Source: Tubulanus polymorphus (lineage: Eukaryota; Animalia; Nemertea). Taken from it: DNA of 64,000 bases. The DNA lies in NCBI RefSeq assembly GCF_964204645.1, contig NC_134027.1:24824560-24888559 (forward strand), in the 5' to 3' direction. Shown here piece by piece: positions 35,202 to 44,900 of this stretch. Under the pieces are notes generated by a model. It saw nothing but the letters and a program-made list of their open reading frames with translations. It was not told the DNA's origin and ran no database searches. Positions within the stretch are counted from its first letter, which is position 1. Every line of letters begins with the position of its first letter. The position numbers and the translations under genes were made by a program.

Positions 35202-36282
35202 TATTATTATTAATCCATGAACAAAATTTACACTGATTATTGTAAATCTATCACGATGCGATATTTTAGAAAGCTAGATCATTAAACTTACAAAAACCTT
35301 ATTTCGAAAGACGCATATTATGTAGAGGCACGTTTATAGCATTCTAGGCTAAATGTGATCGCGGATTTAGAGCCTGGAGCCAGTTGCATAGTCGTGGCTT
35401 AAGTCCAAAAGTGGTCTTAAATCTTAAGACTGGTCTTAAGTTGTTATAGATTGGTTATACAATCAAAATGTGCTTAGACTGGTCTTAAGTTGTTAGATTG
35501 GCTATAGAACTAAGTTGGTCTTAAGCCCAACGCACACGGCACCGAAAAAACGTTTTTTACTCGTGAAAAAAAAACGTTTTCGATGTTTTTTGTTACGCCG
35601 TATGCGGGGGAGGCAAAACACAAAACGCCGAACTGAAAAACGTTTTTCGCGAGCAAAAAACGTTTTTCACGAGGAAAAAACGTTTTTCATGCGCAAAAAA
35701 ACGTTTTTCGCGAAACAAGCACTGCTTGATTTGCGAAAAACGTTTTGTGTAGTCGAAAACGTTTTTCGTCCCGTGTGCGTTGAACGTTTTATCGTTTGCG
35801 GGCAAAACGTTTTACGAAAAACGTTTTGTGAAAACGTGTTTTCTGTTTCGGCGAAACAAATGTTTTGCCGTGTGCGTTGGGCTAGGCTTAAGAGACACGA
35901 AACTTATGACTTTCAGTTGAGACCACCGAATAGGCTTAAATCTGATTATCTATTCTCCACGTCTGAGTGGTCTTAAATCTAAGCTGCGACTGTGCAACCA
36001 GCCCCTGAAATCAGGAGCTCTATATAGGTGGAGTTTCTTCTTGCAGATCGAAGTAACTGGATGCCGCAGACGGCGCACTGCGTAGCGACCGTGGACGATA
36101 CTGTATTGGTGAAGGTGACCAGAGAAATGATCGACGAGGGAGTGAAGAGATTCCCCGCGACTAACGTCATCGAAATACAACTTCAGTACATGTCCGACCT
36201 GGCGAAGGAGCTGAGAAAGAATTTGAAATTCAAACCGAAAGGAAAAGCCAGTTTGCTCAAACCAAAAACACCGGTCGCTTAA
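29952..36282 (+). CDS. Protein of three tandem cyclic-nucleotide-binding (CNB/CAP_ED)-like domains, ~492 aa; first two small exons tentative
   Basis: Phase-consistent exons 29952-29992(?), 30039-30087(?), 30251-30374, 31048-31207, 31592-31757, 32064-32206, 32611-32675, 33225-33325, 33934-34047, 34324-34456, 34800-34946 and 36047-36282 (1479 nt). Motifs: LPFVDALSDETIDSVA..FITAGSEAQGIYILVEGRVEI..FVGEVSVLYGTPATASVRA; VPLFRDW..YPPHSFITYTGDPGHEVILLIKG..LTVRAKTCC; SSVFHNCP..FLIVEGKV. Confidence 0.82.
31275..31504. mobile_element. Inverted pair of Penelope-like terminal fragments, each with a minimal hammerhead-ribozyme core
   Basis: 107-bp arms (31275-31381 and 31398-31504) with few mismatches and a 16-nt spacer. 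Each arm reads CTGA[T/C]GA-T-GGCTAAC-AGTT-GTTAGCC-GAAA-CGTC. Confidence 0.8.
33661..33804. mobile_element. Short MITE with GCCC.ACGC...CGAC termini
   Basis: GCCCAACGCATACGAC ... GTCGTGCGCGTCGGGC imperfect TIRs. The termini resemble those of 35525-35882. Confidence 0.6.
35136..35211. repeat. (ATT)n microsatellite
   Basis: About 25 ATT units. Confidence 0.97.
35376..36005. mobile_element. MITE family A copy interrupted by a nested element
   Basis: GGAGCCAGTTGCATAGTCG ... CGACTGTGCAACCAGCCCC ends, with the TTAAGACTGGTCTTAAG core split at 35524. Confidence 0.78.
35525..35882. mobile_element. Nested MITE with perfect 17-bp TIRs and internal AAAACGTTTT palindromes
   Basis: GCCCAACGCACACGGCA ... 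TGCCGTGTGCGTTGGGC, with about a dozen AAAACGTTTT motifs inside. Confidence 0.85.
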
Positions 36283-36284
36283 GT

Positions 36285-39200
36285 TCAGAATTCGCACAAA
36301 TAGTGTTGACTCCCAATCGCACGGACGTCGTTCCATCCGACCAAGAGCGGATCGCTGTTTCTGTTTTGAACGAGTATGTAGCGTTCATACGTACCCGGTT
36401 CCCCGGAAAACCATGCATCATTGTACGTGATCGCAGCACCGTCCGATTGCCAAATGAACTGTTGACCGCTATGCCGTATACCCCCCAAAATAAATCTACA
36501 TGCTACAAAAAAATAACCAAGAAAATATTGTTATAGTTTAGAATTTAAGTTTTGTCGTGGTTTTAAACTATGGCAGGCGCGGAACCAGCGTCATTCGGTG
36601 ACTACAGCACAGTGAAAGAAGGGCACCAACTTTGAAAAGGGCCAGTATTAATGCCCAGCAAGTGAGTTTGAGTGCCATTTATTGGTATCATGTCACTAAA
36701 TTTGCCTTCACAATCAATTTGCTTGTGCCTTTTTTTTAGATTTTTGGCGAAATTTGTCCTTTTTCGATTATATTTATAGAGCAACAATAATGTTTCTTTT
36801 AGAATAGTGCTCTTTTGAGTAAAAGAAAATGCCTTAGATTGATTTTGGGCAATTTATTTTCATTCACATTTTGTCCTAGTACAGAAGGGCAATTATTTTT
36901 TATGGCGCATTGATATATTGTGTGCCCTTTTATTTACTTTTTCCCGAAACAAACATTTTTCAAGGGCATTTGAAAACTGCGACTACCGCACGTGCTGCAT
37001 GTGCGATAGTCTGGATCCGCGCCTGCATGGACCGTCGATTTGATTTTACTTATTGCGATCTCAAAGATCAAAATACTAATCATTGATTATTATGTATGTA
37101 TAAAGTTAGAAATCACGACGGACCCTTCGTATTAGAGCCTAAATCCGGGATTACACGAGCGTTTTGTCCCGTGACTAAAAGGCCCGGAACAACCGTTCAC
37201 ACGGGTTGCAAATAAAGGCCCGACCGAGGCCAAATCGTCCGAAGGTGATGACTTAAATCTACCACGTGTGCCATATATGTACAAATCTATTGGAGCGGGG
37301 ATATTGCTTTCAGAAATGGTAAGTTCTCGCTTTGAACACAATGCTCACAATTGCGTACATGGAGGTTGGATATCAGCAAGATTTTAAGTATACATGTAAT
37401 CTATAAACATTCTCTTATTGGAAATTTCATCAACTTTGAAATAATTCTAAGGAAGAAATTTGAACTTTAATCAACGTTTAGTTGACTATCATTTTTCGAA
37501 CACAGTTCACAGTGAAACGATCTCGACGCTTATTAATCGAAAAGGGGCAGGAGCTCTTCACGTGCCAAGTTTCACTCGGAGTACACCGCATGTTTGCAGC
37601 GCTATCTGTGGCATTCAATGAATCCACACAACCTAACGCGCTACATGTCTATTCTCATAAGACGTATCGATTAGTCAATACGAATCGGCTAAATGATTTG
37701 TGACAACGATAGAAGGTGTGTTTTCCGATACTTAAATATTGAGGTTATGCTAAGCCGTCTCGCGTATATTGTTCACGTGCGTCGCTGTCCGTCAAATGGA
37801 GCTTTTTCTAGAAACCGAAATCCTACAAATATGGATCGTGGTTTATTTTTCCCATCACGCATTTCAATCGGGGACCTCCAACGCTCCTGTGGCAGTTGAG
37901 GATCCGCAAGGTTCGCTAGTAGTTGCTCGGTTTTCTGCGTTCAATTTCTTCTACATTTCAATGAAAACCAAATAATAATTGATAATATTGTACCCATATC
38001 TGAGTAGAAAATAAATCTAAAGTGGTTGGCGGGTCATGTGATAATGGATTCTTGGATAATCTTGAATTTGGGATTCCGATTATACTAATGCCAGCAGGTA
38101 GTTTCCAATCATCCTGCAGACTAGCGCTCCAAGCGGATCCTCGACTGCCACAGTAGCGACTTATATAAATCAAAGCAAACACAAATGAAAGGAAATTCGT
38201 AATGCGATTTTAGAAAATATTACCATTGTTTCTCCATTTGTAGATTTGTTTCATTAAGGCGTAAGTTCTCGGTTCGGCGGCTCTAGCGCCCAGGCCTAGG
38301 CAGTAGTTCGAACCGGCAGAAAACCCCGTTTTTTTCGGACTCAGTTTATAATAGAGGACCTTGATCTTTGTAAATCCGGTTGGGCACTTTCTGTCTATAA
38401 AACGAATCGAAGCGTCAGAATGCGATCTGAACCGTTAGTAAGAATAACAAAATGTCAGGCCTAAATCAAGCCCGCAGACAGGTTTATTCGAAGGTCTTCT
38501 CAATGAAATAAATAGCCTTCGGTTTAATATCACTGTGGATCCAGTTCCACAGTAAAGCTGTATGGGTTTAATTTTACTGTGAATCCAGTTCCACAGTTGT
38601 GTGAGTTTAATTTGACCCAGGATCCAGTTCCACAGTTGTGTGAGTTTAATTTGACCCTGGATCCAGTTCCACAGTTGTGTGAGTTTAATTTGACCCTGGA
38701 TCCAGTTCCACAGTTCTGTGGGTTTAATTTGACTCTGGGTCCAGTTCCACAGTTGTGTGAGTTTAATTTGACCCTGGATCCAGTTCCACAGTTGTGTGAG
38801 TTTAATTTGACCCTGGATCCAGTTCCACAGTTGTGTGAGTTTAATTTGACTCTGGATCCAGTTCCACAGTTCTGTGGGTTTAATTTGACTCTGGGTCCAG
38901 TTCCACAGTTGTGTGGGTTTAATTTGACTCTGGATCCAGTTCCACAGTTGTATGGGTTTAATTGGACTGTGGATCCAGTTCCACAGTTGTGTGGGTTTAT
39001 TTCGACTCTGGATCCAGTTTCACAATGCGTGTGCACGCCGTTTTCCAACTCACCTTTGAAGAAGACAGTTTTTACGCTATTACCGCCGTCAGGATCCTCG
39101 TAAGCCATCGCCGCGTAGTTGTAGAGATTCACTCGCCACGAATATTCAGCGATCATCTCCGTATCAAAGCCCAGGCACTCGTCCTGTGTCGCGCATTCCA

Positions 39201-39378
39201 CCGCGCAAGCGAAGAAACTTCGACAACTTCGTATTTCGTACGGCGCGCTGTCGGCTGGAATCGTTATTTGTCGATACTTATTTCCGCTGCGGGTATTCGA
39301 CGAAGAAAACGAAGGTGGCATGAAGTCAGCGATAATCAAGTTTAGGCCGATTACCAGTGAAGCTAATGTACCCTTCAT
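36285..39378 (-). CDS. Secreted PAN/apple-like + C-type lectin domain protein, 237 aa
   Basis: Exons 39378-39054 (signal peptide MKGTLASLVIGLNLIIA; SCRSFFACAVECATQDECLGF), 38394-38224 (KCPTGFTKIKVLYYKL..GSNYCLGLGARAAEPR) and 36502-36285 (FILGG..FIWQSDG..WFSGEPG..WNDV..YLCEF*). Phase-1 GT-AG introns; 714 nt. Confidence 0.88.
36574..37025. mobile_element. hAT-like MITE (CAGGCGCGGA[A/T]CCAG termini)
   Basis: CAGGCGCGGAACCAG ... CTGGATCCGCGCCTG. Related GGGG[C/T]GGAT.CAG ends at ~17200, 41215-41448, 41737-41907 and 52892. No clean 8-bp TSD. Confidence 0.65.
38530..39025. repeat. 39-bp minisatellite (same family as 13390-13930), ~12.5 copies, at the start of intron 1 of the PAN-CTL gene
   Basis: GGATCCAGTTCCACAGTTGTGTGAGTTTAATTTGACCCT unit; 13-aa periodic ORFs on both strands. 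Confidence 0.95.
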
Positions 39379-39718
39379 CACGGCGGGAACGATGTTTTTA
39401 CTTGAAGTTTATACCGCTATTAATAAGGCTAGAAACACGCGCTTTGTCGACAGCAGGAATCAACGCGTTTACAATATTGATGAAGTTTCAATAATTGCGC
39501 ATTGACGAGTTCAGTCACAGTTTGTACTCCGTCTTTCAACAATAGACCGTGGACTATAAACCGAACTCGTCCGGATTCGATTGACTAGTCTCAACGACCG
39601 GTTTTGCCCATCCCATTTCAAGGACTAACTGCCAAACTTACGAAAACTCATCCTCCCCCGGCAGGCATTCGAACCCGATGGTATCGAGATTGCCACGGCA
39701 CGAAACCCTGCCATAATC

Positions 39719-39923
39719 GACCGTGTGCGCAGATACATGCGCAGTTCAGATAATGTGATTTTTGCCAATCAGAAATCCCGTTTTATTAAAATAAAACGGG
39801 ATTTTCGGTTTTCCCATTCATAGTTCTTCCTTGAAATTTGCCTCAACGATTATACAACGAGCAATCTGATTGGTGCCGCCAGTTTTCGTTCGGAAAGCTG
39901 CGCATGTACCAGCGCACCCGGTC
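39719..39923. mobile_element. Imperfectly palindromic MITE-like element upstream of the PAN-CTL gene
   Basis: GACCGTGTGCGCAGATACATGCGCAG / CTGCGCATGTACCAGCGCACCCGGTC ends, an inner CCAATCAGA / TCTGATTGG pair, and the hairpin AAATCCCGTTTTAT..ATAAAACGGGATTT. Confidence 0.6.
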
Positions 39924-41924
39924 TACTGATGCAGGGGTTCGTGCCGTGACTGAGTGTAGCGATGCCTTCAGGTGCGAGTCCCTGCAGAGGGAGGATGACG
40001 AAAACTGGACTAAAACATTTTGCTTTAATAGTTTCACACAGCGTTCCAGCCGTGTATGGAGCCGGGGCCTGATATCATCTTTACTCATGACTTATTTCAG
40101 AAGGGGTTATGTACCTGAGATTCGATACTTACATGACCGATAGAACATGGTGAATTCATGGATGTAGTATGAAATATGTACTGTTTTGTTTCATGCCAGA
40201 CCCGTCTGGTAGACCTAGAAGTAGAACCTACATTTGACGGGATCCAAAAAATGAAGTTAAGGATTCGAACCCGGGCCCGCAGGCCCGATGACGAATAGAT
40301 GCGTTGACGAAATCTAAATATACTAACGGAAATTCACTAATCAAATTGGTGTCGAATACTTCGGAATGAATCTTCCAATTCCAATCCGCGTCATTTAATA
40401 GAAAGGTCACCAACCTTTGCGGTTTGAACGAACAACAACTATACGAAGATATTTACACGGTTTTAGTCGAGACACGCGGGTATAAAACAGGTTTTTTTAC
40501 CCGAAGCCGACACTGTGTTGTTATCGTTTACCTGATAGATGGCGCTTTAGTGCAGCCAGTCGCGCAGCCGAATGCCTCGTAAATCGTGTATTATTATTAG
40601 GACGGTAAGCAGCCTTTCCATGCTAAGAACAAACACATAACGCATTGTGCCCGCGGTTTGAGTTCATCAACAGAGTATTCTGAAACTAAAATGTCTGCCC
40701 CGACGTCGCTCGGAATAATCTGAGGGGAAGGAAGGAGTCCTTTCTTGGTATTTTGCGTGGAGTGTTAGGCAGGTTTCGATTGAACTTATTACGGTTCAAA
40801 GATATGAATTATGGATGATGAACTCTCTACCGGTCGCTTCTATACTGAATGATATTCCAGAATTGGTACAGTGTTTTCTAGTAGAAACGGCGCGGCGCGC
40901 CTGAAGAGAATTCCGGAATCGTTACCAATCGAAACCAGCTGTATAGTTTCGTCACATTCGAAAGAGGCCGAAGGAAATTCAATAATCGATGCAGAGACAT
41001 TGTATATCTTGTCTAATGAATTATTAAGCGGCGTTTTCACGATAATCACATCTGAACTCAAACCGTCGAAACGCGTGTGCCGGATTCGATTATGGATCCC
41101 GAAACCGGTTCTGACAAACTGGTCCGGCTGCCTGCTGCCTTTACCGAGATTATTTGATGTATCAACGGTGTTGAAATTCAAAACTCGTAGCAAAAGTCTA
41201 ATTTTCATCGTAGGCAGGGGTGGATACAGGAGTTTAGGATAGGGAGCCCAAAACTTTAAGCCAAGTAGTATATGCATGTACATGGCATAAAGTGAGTACG
41301 GTATGCTGTTCATGCATTCTATCCTCCCCCAAGCAAAGAAGATCATTTTTAGCATCTAGAGTGGTCTTAAAACAATATAACCATGCAATCATGTTATTTA
41401 GAAAAAAGTAGGAGTGGACCCCTTGGACATCCCCTTAATATACCACTGGCAGTACCTTTATATAACGGAAACAAACTACCGCAAAATATCACTATCAGTG
41501 GATATACTAACAACCATTCAACAAATTGTGAATACTTAAGATATACCAGAAAGGTACTTTTGAAGCGGAATTCCGTCAGGTTTCTCCGGAATCTATGTTT
41601 TGCGGAATTCCAAGAAAGAAACGTAATTTCAAAAACACAAACGGGGTTCAATATAAAAAAGAATTTATTGCTCTAATGAAAACAAACGTGAAATCTACTG
41701 TGTATGTTACAGAATGTCGATAATCGAACAAAAACTGGGGCGGATCCAGGGGCCAATCACATCATCCCAAAAGCGATGATTTCTAAAAAAGGCTATATTA
41801 GGTGTACTCCCGTACTGAAATGCACAATTGTCTTTATTAACATACAGAGCGCTCAATAAATTTGATGGATATCTACTAGTCTCACTTGTCTTCCTGGATC
41901 CACCCCGCTACGGACACGACCGCT

Positions 41925-44900
41925 TCAGTTTTCATTCCGCGCCTGAATCATGACCTTGACCCCGTGAGCAGGCGTGATGGTTCCGCCTTCTGACGTCATG
42001 AGCGGTACTTCCATCTCGTCTGTTTTGACGATCGTGTATTTCTTCATGACGTTGGCCAGCGCTAGTTTCGCCTCGAGCAAGGCGAAACGCATCCCGATAC
42101 AGTTTCGTGGCCCCGCCCCGAACGACAGGAACGCCATCGGATGTCGATTTTCTTGCGCTTCCGGTGAAAATCTGTAACGGAATTTATGATTTGAAATTCA
42201 AATTAAACACGCGTTATATTGAACAAACCGTATGAGTTTAAAAACGACTTAGGCGGGCTTCGATTGAACGTATTCCATTTTTAGAATATCAATTCCGAAT
42301 CACTAACTCTCTACCGCTGTCGCTTCTATCAGGTTTACAGACTATCATATTCCGGAATAGGTAGAGCGTATTCTGACTGTAACGAACGCTACAGAAGGGA
42401 ATTCCGGAATCGTTAGACAACATCCTTTATTTCTTTTCTTTTACTTTTCGTTTTCACTTCATTATCATCCATTTAATTATTAATTTTTGTACAGTTTTCG
42501 TTGTTTTATATTGTTTGTTGTTGTGGACGGAGCCTAGAAGTCTATATCTCACAGATTACAGCCTTAAAGCTTATCTGTGGTCCCCTACGAGATTCCGACC
42601 ATTGTCATAACAATATTAGAATTATCGTTGTAATGAATACAATCAGGGAAGTCTCATCACACTTCCCTGATACAATCAAGGAGAACATTTTACATTATAT
42701 CAGCTTCTTGAATAGACTAATTGAAACCCATTATAATCTGTTATTGATGAAAGCTACAAACCGTTCTGGGTCGAATAGAGATGGGTCAGTCGGACCCCAA
42801 ACTTCGGGGTCGTTGTGTATGGTCAGTACGTCTGGTAAAATGGAGACTCCTTCCTTCACTAGAATACCGTTAATCATAACGTCTTTCAAACATCGTCTGG
42901 ACGTGACCCTTTTAGATGAAAAATGAAGAGAAAATATTGTTTGTATCCCGATTTCACCCAATAATCGAAATTCTATGACTGCGCATGATTTGAATGACTG
43001 GCGGACATTGGTGGTTAATCGGAATCAGTAGAAAGTTTACTGAAACGGTTCTCTAAATGTTGAGCAATTGTTAAGTTGAACCTTGACCGTGACAGACTAG
43101 ACGAATTTTCAAGACGGCGAATCAATTCACGCGAATATACGTAACATAAGCCAAAATTCGCCCAGTGTGTGCCGCCAAAACTCAGCGAAAAATTCGCATA
43201 CTGAATCATGTGAGCAATTTGATGGGATATTTCAATTCGCGTCTCTCTTATATGACGATTTATTCACCGAAGAAATTCTTTCACAGGCTTTAAGGTACAA
43301 GCCTGCAAAGAATCTGAGACATCGGTTGCAAATTCTGGAAATATTTTTAAAAAAGTCAAACAGCGTGTCAAAAATGTAATATCATTATGATGAACGTCAC
43401 ATTGCGAGCTTTGATAACGCATTTTTGACACGCTGTTTTTTAATTTGAGAATACTCGCAGATTTGCGACCGATCTTTTAGATATTTTGCTAAATTGTCGA
43501 CGATGCTCTTAGGATATTTTATGACTATTTCCAATGAAGTCGGTTTTTCGAACGCTTAGAATATGGTTTTGATACGTACGATGGCGCAATCGGGTGAAGG
43601 CGCAAAACCTCGTTCAATACCATATCCAAATATTGCATTTTCTGGATGTTCGTGTAATTCGGTGCCTCCTGAAATGATAAATAGCATTAAATTCGAATGA
43701 GATGTAATGAATTTATTGGTCATCGGTTAAATGGAAATTTAATGAAATCATAAGCGAAGAGTTGATTGAATATTGTTTTGAGGAATTGTCAAGATTTTGG
43801 TCAAAGCTGCAACAATTTGTACTGCTGCCAATGTGCATAGTTTTCAATCCCGTGTCCTGTCAACACTTTGGGGTTAAGAAAACTAGCTAAAATCTTAAAA
43901 CCGGTTTCTATTATAGTTGACTATCCGAGATCTAAAGTTGTATATTGTACAATTTCAACTAGATGGGAAACTAGTCACCAAACCTGTAATATGGCAACAT
44001 GGCGTCATCACGGTATAAGGGCACGACCTCAATATGACGGATGCGAACAAAAGCGGTGACGTCAGTGGTGCAGATTTGCCGAAGAGCCTGACACGGGTCA
44101 TTGGGCGCAACAAGCTCCTCTACTAGTCAGATGATGTTGTTATGATCGAAACATGTTCAACATTCGGCAAAACATCAAACACACCGCTTACATCCCAGTT
44201 AACTTCTGTGCAAAATACTAAGGTCGTGAACTAATGGCAGACGACAGCAAGTCTATATTTTGATCAGGATGAATTCGACGGTAATAAATCTGCGAATTCA
44301 ATATCCATTGTATCCATATTTGTACAGTTTTCGCAACATTTGAAAAAAATCTACGGATACAATTTACGGTGAATTCAACATTTCTCTTATTCTGAGGTTA
44401 ATTTCGGTTACCCCGTCCGGCGTAAATTCATCGATGTTTTCTTGCAGTTTTTCTTGTTTATCTGGATTCAGCGCCAGTTCGTATGCCGCGTATCCCAAAG
44501 CGTTGCTGGTCGTCTCGTAGCCGGCAATCAAAAACAACTCGCTGTTCGATTTAATCTCCTAGAAATCAGACAGAGACATTGAATGTATTTATATATAGCA
44601 AAATAACAAAGGCCAAAGCAGACAACCTCTTCGAACTGTGGAACTGGCATCAGAGACCAATTGAACCCACACAACTGTGGAACTGGAGTCAGATTAAAAC
44701 CACGCAACTGTGGAACTGGATCGAGAACCGAATTAAGCCCACAAAATTGTGAAATTGGAACCAGAGTCAAATCGAACCCACTCAACTGTGGAACTGGATC
44801 AAGAAACGAATCAAACCCACAAAACTGTGGAACTTGACCCATAGCCAGATTAAACCTACAGAACTGTGGATCTTGAACCAGAGTTAGATTAAACCCAAAA

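Noticed and set aside
35515-35976. 153-aa K/R/F-rich ORF
   Set aside because: Translation of the AAAACGTTTT-rich nested MITE.
37480-38180. Protein-looking minus-strand frames inside intron 2 of the PAN-CTL gene
   Set aside because: They are interrupted by stops and overlap an inverted-repeat motif also found at 51770-52075. The CTL domain is complete without them.
40840-41355. 171-aa and 123-aa ORFs between the PAN-CTL and CYP genes
   Set aside because: They span MITE fragments at both ends and have no coherent domain; the NACAGFDY hint of a PAN remnant is too weak.
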